The translations under genes and the position numbers were made by a program. DNA of 64,000 nt from contig MEKT01000101.1 in NCBI GenBank assembly GCA_001767435.1, positions 13,054 to 77,053 on the forward strand, in the 5' to 3' direction. The notes under the pieces are model-generated. The model did not search any database and was not told where the DNA came from. It saw only the letters and a list, made by a program, of their open reading frames with translations. Numbering within the stretch: the first letter of the stretch is position 1; each line of letters starts with the position of its first letter. This document shows, piece by piece, positions 34,464 through 43,160 of this stretch. The stretch comes from Acidobacteria bacterium RIFCSPLOWO2_02_FULL_65_29 (GTDB taxonomy: Bacteria > Acidobacteriota > Vicinamibacteria > Vicinamibacterales > CAVVIG01).

Positions 34464-34492
34464 TTGACTACTGTGTCCTAAAGAGTCATAAT
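34464..34492 (+). promoter_or_regulatory. sigma70-like promoter candidate (TTGACT-17 nt-CATAAT)
   Basis: Read directly in an AT-rich gap, about 38 nt upstream of the ATG at 34530. This is the first gene of the plus-strand EPS block. Confidence 0.45.
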
Positions 34493-34529
34493 ATTTTTCT
34501 CGTCCTGGCGTTCAGATCGGCCGATAATC

Positions 34530-35090
34530 ATGGCCGTGGGGCTTAGTATGCACCGTCTCCAGGCGGTTGGAATCAGCCTGCTGGCCGCGTCGATGTCAGC
34601 GATCGTCGCGACCGGCCAAACGCCGGAGTCGTCGCCGCTTGCGACGACTCGCCTCACGCCGGCACGGGTCCCGCGCGTGCTTCCGGGCACTCGCGAGTCG
34701 GCGTTCACGACTATCCACGGCAACGCGCTCGACTTTACCAACAACGCGCTGCCCGACAACAGGGTGCGCTTGCGTGACGCTCGCTTCGGCGGCATCGTGG
34801 AGTCGCAGGTCACCGACAAAGCCGGCATGTTTTCGTTCCGCTCGCTCGACCCCGGTACCTATGTGGTGGAGCTTGTCGCCGAGGATCGCGCGGTGCTGGC
34901 GGCGAGCCAGCTGCTGAGCATTGGCGCGGGCGAAGTGCTGTTGGCCGTGGTCAAGCTGCCGCTCAGGATTCCCGCACTCGGCGGATTACTCGCTCATACC
35001 GCGCAGCAAGCCGCAGCCGTCACATCGGCCGCGGCAGCCTCCGGTGTCCTGTCGACGAGCGTGACGGGTGTCGATGCGAGCGCCCGGTAG
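34530..35090 (+). CDS. secreted carboxypeptidase-regulatory-like domain protein
   Basis: Signal peptide, then RVRLRDARFGGIVESQVTDKAGMFSFRSLDPGTYVVEL. Confidence 0.7.
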   Translation: MAVGLSMHRLQAVGISLLAASMSAIVATGQTPESSPLATTRLTPARVPRVLPGTRESAFTTIHGNALDFTNNALPDNRVRLRDARFGGIVESQVTDKAGMFSFRSLDPGTYVVELVAEDRAVLAASQLLSIGAGEVLLAVVKLPLRIPALGGLLAHTAQQAAAVTSAAAASGVLSTSVTGVDASAR

Positions 35091-35096
35091 TTTCGG

Positions 35097-37361
35097 TTGC
35101 GGCTGATGAGCGAGTCGTCACCCGCCCACCCGACGCCTGCGAGCGCACCGACCTCTTCGGGAGCGCCCCGAGCGCCCCAGCCGCTCACCTACGCCGTCGA
35201 CAAGGACGTGCACATCCTCGATCGGCTGGCGGTGGTCTACCGCTACAAGCGGATCGCGCTGTCGGTCTTCCTCCTCACCGCGCTCGCCCTGATGATTCAG
35301 GGGTACTCGGGAGAGCAGGTGTTCCAGGCCAAGGCGCAGGTGCTCATCGAAGACGAGCGCTCGACCGCCATGCCCGGGATCGCGGCGGCCGACTACTACC
35401 AGGATCCGATTCCCTACTACAACACGCAGTACCGGATTCTCCGCGGCCGCGATCTCGCGCGGCGCGTGGTCAAGCGGATCGACTTGCAGAACGTGGCCGA
35501 GTTCAACGGCACGGCCAAGCCGGCCGAGACGCCGGTCACGAAGGCGCGAGACGCCGGCGACCGGCTGCTCCGGTTCCTCGCGCGCACGCCAACGCCGATC
35601 GCGGAAGTGCCGAAACCCGACGAAACCGCCGACGAATCGGCGCTCGTGAGCAGGTTCCTCGGCCGCGTCCAGGTCGTGCCGGTCGCGGAGAGCAAGCTGG
35701 TCGACGTCTACTTCACCTCGGCCGACCCCCAGTTCGCGGCGACGGCGGCCAACGCGCTCGCCGACGAGTACGTCGCGTCCAATCTCGAAGTGAAGATGCA
35801 GGGCACGCAGAGCATGCTCGACTGGCTCGAGAAGGAAGTGGCGACCCAGCAATCGAAAGTCGAGCAGAGCGAACGCGATTTGGCCGAATATCGCGACCGC
35901 GAGAACGCGATGTCGCTCGACGAGAAGAACAACATCGTCTTGTCGCGGTTGAACGCGCTGAACGATGCGGTGCTGCGGGCCCGCACGACGCGGATAGAAA
36001 AGGAATCGGTCAACAATCAGATCAAGTCGCTGGGCACAACGCCGGTCGATTCGATTCCGGCCATCGCGCAGAACGCCCAGGTGCAGCTGCACAAAGCACA
36101 GCTCTCCGAGCTGCAGCGGCAGAAGGCGCAGCTGTCGGAGCGGTACGGCGAGAAACATCCGGACATCATCAACGTCAACGCGCGGCTGGGCGACGAACAG
36201 CGCCAGCTCGACCTGGAAACCGCCAAGGCGCTGCAGACGGTCAGGAACGAGTACGAGCGCGCGGTGCTCGAGGAGCGCACGTTCGCCGCGAACCTCGAGG
36301 AAGCGAAGAAGGACGTCCAGGATCTGGGCCGCAAGAGCGTCAGCTACAACGTCCTCGAACGCGAGGCCCGAAGCAACCGGACGGTCTACGAGTCCCTGCT
36401 CCAGCGCGAAAACGAGCTTCGGGTATCGAGCAACAGCCGCGCCAACAACGTCCGCGTCGTCGAGCGCGCCGAAGTGCCGGCGGGCCCGCTGACGCCGACC
36501 GGGCGCCGCACGTGGCTGCTGTCGTTTGCCGTCGGGCTCGTGGCGGCCATCTCGGTGGCCTACGGTCTCGACTACATGAACGACACGATCAAGACACCGG
36601 AAGACGTCACGCGAATGCTGAAAATGACGTTCCTCGGCCTGATCCCGTCGGTTCGAGGGGACAAGCACCCGGTGCTCGCCTCGTCGCACGCGCCGCACGA
36701 TTTCAGCGAGGCATTCCGCAGCTTGCGGACCTCGATTGCCTCCCGTTATCCGGGCGAAGGCGCCAAGACGATGATCGTCACGAGCGCGCAGCCGCTCGAG
36801 GGCAAGACCACGACGGCGGCCAACATCGCGATGGCCCTCGCGTACGGCGGCGCTCGCGTGCTGCTGATCGACGCCGACATGCGCCGGCCGGGCCTCCACC
36901 GGTCGCTGCGTCTGACGAACGACCGCGGGTTGTCGCAGATTCTGACCGGTCAGGCCCGCGTGCGCGACGTCATCCAGCGGACCGTCGACCCGAATCTGCT
37001 GGCCATCACAGCCGGACGAACGCCGGCCAACCCCTCGGAGCTCTTGTCGTCGGAGCGCATGAAGACGCTCATCACGAACCTGCGGCACGGGCCGTTCGAC
37101 TGGATCGTGATCGACACGCCGCCGGTACTGGCCGTGACCGACGCCGTGATCCTCGCGCCGATGGTGGCCGGCGTGACCTTCGTGATCGGCGCCGAAATGA
37201 CGAGACGGCGGCTGGCCGAGCGCGCGCTCGAAACGATCCTGGCCAGCCATCCGAAGATGGTCGGTGTCGTCCTCAACAAGGTCGACTTCGCGCGGAACAA
37301 GTACTACTATTCGCGCTACTACGGACACCAGTACAAGAGCTACTACGCGCGGGTCGGCTAG
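35097..37361 (+). CDS. polysaccharide co-polymerase / tyrosine autokinase (Wzc-type)
   Basis: A Wzz-like N-terminal region with long coiled coils, the P-loop VTSAQPLEGKTTTAANIA, VLLIDADMRRP, and a C-terminal Tyr cluster NKYYYSRYYGHQYKSYYARVG. Confidence 0.9.
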   Translation: MRLMSESSPAHPTPASAPTSSGAPRAPQPLTYAVDKDVHILDRLAVVYRYKRIALSVFLLTALALMIQGYSGEQVFQAKAQVLIEDERSTAMPGIAAADYYQDPIPYYNTQYRILRGRDLARRVVKRIDLQNVAEFNGTAKPAETPVTKARDAGDRLLRFLARTPTPIAEVPKPDETADESALVSRFLGRVQVVPVAESKLVDVYFTSADPQFAATAANALADEYVASNLEVKMQGTQSMLDWLEKEVATQQSKVEQSERDLAEYRDRENAMSLDEKNNIVLSRLNALNDAVLRARTTRIEKESVNNQIKSLGTTPVDSIPAIAQNAQVQLHKAQLSELQRQKAQLSERYGEKHPDIINVNARLGDEQRQLDLETAKALQTVRNEYERAVLEERTFAANLEEAKKDVQDLGRKSVSYNVLEREARSNRTVYESLLQRENELRVSSNSRANNVRVVERAEVPAGPLTPTGRRTWLLSFAVGLVAAISVAYGLDYMNDTIKTPEDVTRMLKMTFLGLIPSVRGDKHPVLASSHAPHDFSEAFRSLRTSIASRYPGEGAKTMIVTSAQPLEGKTTTAANIAMALAYGGARVLLIDADMRRPGLHRSLRLTNDRGLSQILTGQARVRDVIQRTVDPNLLAITAGRTPANPSELLSSERMKTLITNLRHGPFDWIVIDTPPVLAVTDAVILAPMVAGVTFVIGAEMTRRRLAERALETILASHPKMVGVVLNKVDFARNKYYYSRYYGHQYKSYYARVG

Positions 37362-38709
37362 TGGCCGCTCCGGCCACGCGGTTGCGCTGGTCGCCCTGGC
37401 CGGCTGGGCGCTCTTTGCCTTTGCCGGCGCCTATCGCTGGACCGTTGTCCCCCTCATGGCCGGCGCCGCGATTCTGGCCGCCTTCGTTCGTCCGTCACTC
37501 TTTCGCCCGCCACATCGCCTGGTCGACGCGTCGATCGTGGCGTGCCTGCTGGTCACGGGTGCGCAGCTGATTCCGCTGCCGCTCGCCGTGCGCGCAGCCA
37601 TCTCCCCCGCCGCGGCGGAGGTCGAACGCCAGCTCCTCTTCGATGCCGGCGCATCCACCCGTCCGCTGTCGCTCGACGCGGCGTCGACGCTCTGGGCGCT
37701 GGCGAGTGGGACGGCCATGGCATTGATCTTCTGGAGCGCGCGCTCTGTGTTTGCGCGCGGCGCGGGACTCCGCGTGGTGGCGCGGTGGACGGCCTGGTTC
37801 GGGCTCGCCTTGGCCGCCGTCATGTTCGTCCAGCGGGCGGCGACGCCCGGGCTGATCTACGGCTTCTGGACGCCGATGACCAGGGCATCCCATCCGACTC
37901 CGCTCGGCCCGTTCGTCAACCGAAACGACATCGCCACGTGGCTGATGCTCGCGTGTCCGCTCGTCGTTGGGTACCTCATGGCACGGTGGTCGTCTCGGGT
38001 GGCGCGGCCGGGCGGTCGCCGCAACATCGAGACGTTCGTCGATTCGCGGGCGCTCTGGCTCGGCATGTCGGCCTGTCTGATGATTGCCGCGCTTCTGGCG
38101 TCGCTGTCGCGGTCGGGCCTGTTCGGCGCCGCCGTGGCCGTCTGCGTGTTCGCCCTTCTGGCGCGCCGGCGCGTGTCGGGCCGTCGCCTCGGCTGGAGCC
38201 TGGCCGCCGTCGGCCTCGCCGTGGCGGTCGCCACGATGTACGTGAATCTCGACGCGCTCGCGCAGCGGATCAGCGACACCCTGCCGTCAAATCTCGGGGG
38301 GCGCCTCGCCGTGTGGCGCGAGACGTGGCCGATGGCGCGCGACTTCCCGCTCACGGGCATCGGTGTCGGGGCGTTCGAGCGCGGCATGCTGGTCTACCAG
38401 CAGAGTACACGGCTGATCTTCTTCAATCACGCGCACAATGAGTACCTGCAGGTGCTGGTCGAAGGCGGGTGGCTGCTCGCGGCGCCGGCCGCGATTGCGA
38501 TCGTTGTGGGCTGGTGGGGTGTGCGAGCGCGGCTTGGATCGGATCGCACGCCGATGTTCTGGGTACGGGTCGGAGCGGCGAGCGGGTTGGCGGCCGTCGC
38601 GGCGCAAAGCCTCTGGGACACGGGCCTCCGGATGCCGGCCAGCGCGGTACTGTTCGCGATCGTCGCGGCGGCCGCGCTCCACGACGATCCAGCACCAGAC
38701 ATCTTCTAA
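37264..38709 (+). CDS. O-antigen ligase / polymerase (Wzy/WaaL) family membrane protein
   Basis: Multiple TM helices, and NHAHNEYLQVLVEGG, which is typical of the Wzy_C family. The start is uncertain: GTG at 37264 overlaps Wzc by 98 nt, and the next in-frame ATG is at 37456. Confidence 0.75.
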   Translation: MSSSTRSTSRGTSTTIRATTDTSTRATTRGSASGRSGHAVALVALAGWALFAFAGAYRWTVVPLMAGAAILAAFVRPSLFRPPHRLVDASIVACLLVTGAQLIPLPLAVRAAISPAAAEVERQLLFDAGASTRPLSLDAASTLWALASGTAMALIFWSARSVFARGAGLRVVARWTAWFGLALAAVMFVQRAATPGLIYGFWTPMTRASHPTPLGPFVNRNDIATWLMLACPLVVGYLMARWSSRVARPGGRRNIETFVDSRALWLGMSACLMIAALLASLSRSGLFGAAVAVCVFALLARRRVSGRRLGWSLAAVGLAVAVATMYVNLDALAQRISDTLPSNLGGRLAVWRETWPMARDFPLTGIGVGAFERGMLVYQQSTRLIFFNHAHNEYLQVLVEGGWLLAAPAAIAIVVGWWGVRARLGSDRTPMFWVRVGAASGLAAVAAQSLWDTGLRMPASAVLFAIVAAAALHDDPAPDIF

Positions 38710-38743
38710 AGCCCCTGTCCCTACGAATGAAGCAAGTCTTGGG
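38696..38743 (+). repeat. ~50-nt junction motif, copy ii (degenerate)
   Basis: CAGACATCTTCTAAAGCCCCTGTCCCTACGAATGAAGCAAGTCTTGGG. Its TAA is the stop codon of the ligase gene. Confidence 0.55.
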
Positions 38744-38753
38744 TTTTAACAGT

Positions 38754-38846
38754 TAGGCGCGCACGGCGCGCCTGCGAGGGAGCGGCGCGGGGCGTAGGGG
38801 TCCCCGCAAGCGACCGAGCCGGGGTGTGGGGCGGAGCCCCACGTGA
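38754..38846 (+). repeat. 93-nt double-hairpin intergenic repeat, copy B
   Basis: Near-identical to the copies at 19243 and 58258. Confidence 0.85.
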
Positions 38847-38887
38847 GCTCGTTTGCGCGGCTGTAGACCGTCTGTCAGAATCGCTCG

Positions 38888-39709
38888 GTGTCGTCGAGCG
38901 CGAAGCCGTTCTCGCCTGCTGGGTCGGCCCGAGCGCTTGGGTACGCTCTGCTCTGGCACAGCGCCGACGCGCTCGCGCGCGCCGCGAACGGCTGTCTGTA
39001 TCTCGCCGCGGGTTTTCTCCGTCAGAACGAGCTTCAGGCCGCCAGCGCCCTTCGGTGGGTGAACTTCGGCGTGTCGGCCGCCGGCGACGCCGAGATCGGC
39101 CTCACACCGTCCGAGCGGCGTCTCTACCTCGAGGTGCTTCATCCAGCCGATCGCGTGCTCCTGGTCGGATGCGGCACCGGACGCGATCTGATCGGTCTTT
39201 GCGAGTTGGGTTTCGAGGTCACGGGCATCGACCAGGCGGCAGAGCTGGTCGAGATTGCGCGCCAGAACCTCGCGCGTCGCGGACTCACGGCGAGCGTGGC
39301 TCTGGAGCGGGCCGAAGACATCGAGCTACACGACCAGTACGACGCGATCGTGTTCTCCAACGGCTGCTATTCGTTCCTGCGGCCGTCGGCCTCGCGCGTC
39401 GGCATGCTCGCTCGCATGAAATCCCGCCTGTCGAACGGCGGCCATGTCGTCATCGCGTACACCGCGTTCGCGAGGCCATCGGCGCTGTCCGTGCGGTTGA
39501 CGGACATCAGCGCGCGCCTGAGCGGTGCGGACTGGCGACCTGAACGCGGCGACTGCTTTTCGCGCGATCATCTCGGCCGTCGTGTCCTCCGGTACGAGCA
39601 CGCGTTCCGCCCCGACGAGGTGGCCGCGGAATGCGCGGCCGCTGGACTCAGGGGCATCCGCGACGATCCCGGCGATCCGCCGCTTCGCTTCCTAGTGGCC
39701 GTTCCCTGA
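38888..39709 (+). CDS. class I SAM-dependent methyltransferase
   Basis: RVLLVGCGTGRDLIGLCELGFEVTGID (motif I) and AIVFSNG. The start is uncertain. Confidence 0.75.
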   Translation: MSSSAKPFSPAGSARALGYALLWHSADALARAANGCLYLAAGFLRQNELQAASALRWVNFGVSAAGDAEIGLTPSERRLYLEVLHPADRVLLVGCGTGRDLIGLCELGFEVTGIDQAAELVEIARQNLARRGLTASVALERAEDIELHDQYDAIVFSNGCYSFLRPSASRVGMLARMKSRLSNGGHVVIAYTAFARPSALSVRLTDISARLSGADWRPERGDCFSRDHLGRRVLRYEHAFRPDEVAAECAAAGLRGIRDDPGDPPLRFLVAVP

Positions 39710-40730
39710 CTGGCAGGCTCGGACGCCCTTCGAAGTCCGCGAGCAGCGTATCGCACACGTCAGACAACGCCGAAAGCCTGCGAGGGTAGATCAAGCGACG
39801 AACGGCCACGTCGTTCACCAGACGCGCAGCAAGGGCGAACTGGTTCGCGGAGCGCTCCCGATCGAGCGCAATCAGATTGAAGAGCCCTCGGATCACGCCG
39901 AGAAACGCTTCCCGGCCGAGCAGAGGTTCGACACGCGCTCGACAAGAGCGAGCGTCTCCGACGGGCCTCGACAGCACATAGATCGCCCTGAGTGGAACGG
40001 GGCGACCCAGGGCCTGACCTGTGCCGAGCGGCAAGACGAGCTTCGGCGTCTGGTGATGCATCGGAACGCCTTCCGCGCGCGATCCCAGGAGCTTGGAGGC
40101 CACCGACGGAAACAACTTGATCCGGGGAACTCCGGGCTGCACGAGCCATCGCCCGAGCCGTCGTTTCAAGGCCACGACATCATCGGTGAGGACGGGGAAT
40201 CCTCGGGAGAGGAGCGCGGCGCCAAGCGTGGATTTCCCAGCGCCGCAGTCGCCCAGGAACACAACAGCCTCGCCGTCAATCACGCTGGCGGTGCCGTGCA
40301 GGGGCTCGACGCCCAGGGCGACGAGCGAGCAAGACAGGACCTGGCCGATCAGGTAGACGTCGAACGAGCCCGCGGTGGCGTGCTCCAGGCGGCGGTAGAG
40401 GATGCGACGGCCCTCAGGGGAAACCAGGAACTCGAACAGTCCGCGCCAACGCAGGTAGACGCCGCCGCCGGCCAGCCGGCGAGCGCAAAACCAGCCTGGC
40501 TGGCGCCGATCGGCGGCGGCCTCGCGGCGCGCGATCGCAAATCGATCCGCAGGCGCGTGCATGATCCGGACGTCGGGCCGGGTCGTCGGCCCGGCGCGCC
40601 GGCAGGAGAGCGAGAGGGTACTGGCCAGGGAGAGGCCGTACACGCGATAGCTGGTGGTGGAGGCCGCGATCCTTTTACGGCGCGGCCGTCGTCCTCGTCT
40701 TGGGACTGCCACCATCAGCCCTGTTGCCAC
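39648..40730 (-). CDS. HprK-related P-loop kinase (lasso-cluster kinase type)
   Basis: YRVYGLSLASTLSL N-terminal region and VVFLGDCGAGKSTLGAALLSRGFPVLTDDVV (HPr kinase-like P-loop). The start is uncertain (GTG 40730, ATG 40715 or a later GTG). Confidence 0.8.
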   Translation of the reverse strand: MATGLMVAVPRRGRRPRRKRIAASTTSYRVYGLSLASTLSLSCRRAGPTTRPDVRIMHAPADRFAIARREAAADRRQPGWFCARRLAGGGVYLRWRGLFEFLVSPEGRRILYRRLEHATAGSFDVYLIGQVLSCSLVALGVEPLHGTASVIDGEAVVFLGDCGAGKSTLGAALLSRGFPVLTDDVVALKRRLGRWLVQPGVPRIKLFPSVASKLLGSRAEGVPMHHQTPKLVLPLGTGQALGRPVPLRAIYVLSRPVGDARSCRARVEPLLGREAFLGVIRGLFNLIALDRERSANQFALAARLVNDVAVRRLIYPRRLSALSDVCDTLLADFEGRPSLPVRERPLGSEAADRRDRRGCP

Positions 40731-40833
40731 CCTTCGTCATCGTCAGCGTCTTGAGGTCCCCGTATCGCACGAGCTTGGGCTTTCGATAGGGACGCCTCGT
40801 ACCGGCCCGCTGCGCTGCTTTTTTCTGCGCCAC
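40675..40833 (-). CDS. candidate lasso-peptide precursor (52 aa), not listed as a separate ORF in the track
   Basis: GTG at 40833 with GGAGGAG 7 nt upstream, and TAA at 40675-40677. Product: VAQKKAAQRAGTRRPYRKPKLVRYGDLKTLTMTKGGNRADGGSPKTRTTAAP. The leader fits YxxPxLx3Gx5Tx. Sits between the cyclase and kinase genes. Confidence 0.6.
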   Translation of the reverse strand: MAQKKAAQRAGTRRPYRKPKLVRYGDLKTLTMTKGGNRADGGSPKTRTTAAP

Positions 40834-42785
40834 CAGTGTTCTCCTCCAGTCGGTCTCGTTGCCGCTTCCCTGGCCTCCCCACCGCTTGCGAACAGACGCA
40901 ACCACAGCTCGAGACCAAACGCGTCGGCAAGGTCCCACGCGCCCGTACAGTCGACCGGCGTCAGGTCGGCGGACAACTGCGCGACGGCCGGGCCGAGCCG
41001 CCCGGCGTCGAAGTACCCGAGCTTCACGCCAAGCGAGTCGGCGGTCAGCGCGCGCGCGATGCAGGCGGCATCCCGGCCAACGCCGAGGTTGATGAAATCG
41101 CTGAAATCCGCCTTTCCCTGCCGGGCGTACACCAGTTCGGGCAGCACACCCCGCATGGCCTCGCGCGCGAGCGCGCGCGGCGCGCCGCCCCACGCGTGCA
41201 TCTCCCCGGGAATCGCCATCAGGAAGGCCAGCAGCTCCCGATCCAGAAACGGAAAGGCCACATCCTGACCGAACAGCGCGGCGCTCTTATTGTGCCACTC
41301 AATGCAGTGCACATGGTACTTGGAGCGGGCCTCCAGGTACACGGCCCGGGCGTGCGCCGAATGGAACCCGTGACCGATCGTGGCGGGACGGCCGGCGAAC
41401 CGAAGCGCTCGCCGGAGAAAACGGTCCGAGAACCACGGCCTCGGGCGTTCGACGCCGAGTAGCCGGCGTCTGATCCATTTCAAGGGAGGCACGAGCGAGG
41501 CCGGCACGTGGTACCGGGCCAGGTCCACGAGCAGGCGGCGCAGGAGCACACCGGCTTCGACCTCGCCGAGCCACCGCGCGTGTTCGCGCGCATGCCGATA
41601 GACGGTGCGCCAGGCGCCCCGGTGAAACAGATCGACGAGGTACGCAGGTGAAAACAGTACCTGGTCGCCCCAGTGACCCGTCAGCAGCACCCGCGCGCCG
41701 CGGGACGCCGCGACGCGGTGCAGCTCCCGGCTGAGTCCCCACATGTAGTCGATGAACGGCGCTTCAGCGGCGCGGATCTGCTCCTCTGCGCCCTGCACGA
41801 GGCCGACGAACGGCTCCACAGCGATTCGCTCGATCGGCAGGCCGTACCTGGCCTCGATGGCGTCCACGTAGCGGCCTTCGTCGATTGGCGTGCCGGCGGG
41901 GCCGACCCATGAGATGCCGATGAGCGCGCCGCAGATCGCCGGCCGCGCGCGCCTGATGGCGTCGGCCTGACACGCAATCGAAGACGAATCGAGCCCGCCG
42001 CTCAACGAGACGGCCACCGGACCAGCCGCGCGAATGCGCCGCCGAACGGCGCGCGCAAACACTTCGCGAAACGCCTCCTGATAGTCGCCGAGGGTGCGAA
42101 GCGTGAGCGTGCGCCCGGTGTCGAAGTCCCAATAGCGTCTCGTCACGGTCCGCTCCCTCGTCGTCACACAGAGGTGGGCCGGGACGAGTGCGGCGACGTG
42201 TTCGAAGCAGGTGATCTCCTGCCGATCGATGGGCCGCGAGCTGACGAGCAGATAGTCGGCGATGCCCTCCAGGTCGGGACGCGCTGGCACCTGCGGATGG
42301 GCCAGGAGGGCCTTGATCTCGGACGCGAATACAAATACTCGATCGGTTCTGGAGTAGTACAGCGGCCGAAGGCCGATCGAGTCGCGGACCAGCAGCAGAT
42401 GCTGCCTCCGCTCGTCGAACAGGGCGATCGCGAAATCGCCGTTGAGATGCTCGGCAAATCCCTCACCCCACGTTTCGTAGGCCGCGAGCGCGAGGGCGGC
42501 GTCGCTCGTCCCGGGCGGCACCCCGATCGCCGGCATGAGCTCGTCGCGGTTGTCGAGCCGCCCATCCATCATCAGGTGGACGCCGCCGTTGCCCTGCAGG
42601 GGTTGAACTTCGCCGTCCTCCTCCGGTGTGACCCGGCAGCGCTGATGCGAGAATCCCAGCGAGCCATCGACGTATCGGCCTTCGCCGTCCGGGCCACGGT
42701 GACGGAGCGTGTCGCTCATGCCGATCAACACCGCTCGATCCAGCGGCCGGCCGTCCAGGTTCCAGACGCCGACGAGTCCGCTCAT
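40743..42785 (-). CDS. asparagine-synthetase-like lasso peptide cyclase (C protein)
   Basis: Starts MSGLVGVWNL, with Ser in place of the Cys2 nucleophile. Contains an AsnB-type synthetase core (VAVSLSGGLDSSSIA PP-loop) and a conserved-looking end, LELWLRLF, followed by a ~45-aa low-complexity tail. Confidence 0.85.
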   Translation of the reverse strand: MSGLVGVWNLDGRPLDRAVLIGMSDTLRHRGPDGEGRYVDGSLGFSHQRCRVTPEEDGEVQPLQGNGGVHLMMDGRLDNRDELMPAIGVPPGTSDAALALAAYETWGEGFAEHLNGDFAIALFDERRQHLLLVRDSIGLRPLYYSRTDRVFVFASEIKALLAHPQVPARPDLEGIADYLLVSSRPIDRQEITCFEHVAALVPAHLCVTTRERTVTRRYWDFDTGRTLTLRTLGDYQEAFREVFARAVRRRIRAAGPVAVSLSGGLDSSSIACQADAIRRARPAICGALIGISWVGPAGTPIDEGRYVDAIEARYGLPIERIAVEPFVGLVQGAEEQIRAAEAPFIDYMWGLSRELHRVAASRGARVLLTGHWGDQVLFSPAYLVDLFHRGAWRTVYRHAREHARWLGEVEAGVLLRRLLVDLARYHVPASLVPPLKWIRRRLLGVERPRPWFSDRFLRRALRFAGRPATIGHGFHSAHARAVYLEARSKYHVHCIEWHNKSAALFGQDVAFPFLDRELLAFLMAIPGEMHAWGGAPRALAREAMRGVLPELVYARQGKADFSDFINLGVGRDAACIARALTADSLGVKLGYFDAGRLGPAVAQLSADLTPVDCTGAWDLADAFGLELWLRLFASGGEAREAATRPTGGEHWWRRKKQRSGPVRGVPIESPSSCDTGTSRR

Positions 42786-42863
42786 GGGAGTGGGAGTATA
42801 CTTTCGAGGTCGCCAGCGGCAAAGCTGACAGGGCCGACAAGGCCGACTCCCCCGCTATAGGGC

Positions 42864-43160
42864 ATGACTCGACGCTCCATTCCCGACTCGGCGATGCTCG
42901 AAGCCGACGGTGAGGTCCTGGCCACGCACTTCGCCGAGGAAGTCGTGGTCCTCAACCTGCGAGACGGCGTCTACTACGGCCTCGAGGACGTTGGGGCCCG
43001 CATCTGGCATCTGCTCCAGCAACCCATCTCCATTGTCGGTCTTCGCGACGCGCTCGTCGCCGATTACGACGTCGAGCCGACCCGGTGCGAACGAGACGTT
43101 CGCGTGCTCGTCGGCGAGCTCGCCGCCAAAGGTCTGATCAAAGTGCGTGAGGACGCGTGA
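42864..43160 (+). CDS. PqqD-family RRE protein (lasso B1)
   Basis: VVVLNLRDGVYYGLEDVGARIWHLLQQPISIVGLRDALVADYDVEPTRCERDVRVLVGELAAKGLI. Confidence 0.85.
   Translation: MTRRSIPDSAMLEADGEVLATHFAEEVVVLNLRDGVYYGLEDVGARIWHLLQQPISIVGLRDALVADYDVEPTRCERDVRVLVGELAAKGLIKVREDA

Noticed and set aside
35118-37328. 736-aa minus-strand ORF opposite Wzc, and 59667-61544 (+, 625 aa) opposite the flippase
   Set aside because: The same GC-shadow artefact. The sense-strand products have unmistakable Wzc and multi-TM flippase features.
38727-38756. Mini-ORFs MKQVLGFNS (38727-38756, +) and MRQVFSRARYSAM (47503-47544, -) as real leader peptides or genes
   Set aside because: No Shine-Dalgarno sequence is visible, and they lie inside copies of a repeat that elsewhere overlaps a signal-peptide start. 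They may be relics. The question is left open in the findings rather than called as CDS.
40675-40740. Alternative core register GGNRADGGSPKTRTTAAP (cleavage after MTK)
   Set aside because: It would require a 6-residue Gly1-Asp6 ring, whereas known lasso rings have 7-9 residues. It also breaks the Gx5Tx spacing. It is kept only as a fallback.
40715-40930. 71-aa track ORF as the lasso precursor
   Set aside because: This frame is neither the precursor nor the cyclase frame (its 3' end lies in the kinase frame). It has no YxxPxL/Thr(-2) leader motif and no RBS. The 52-codon frame at 40675-40833 fits much better.
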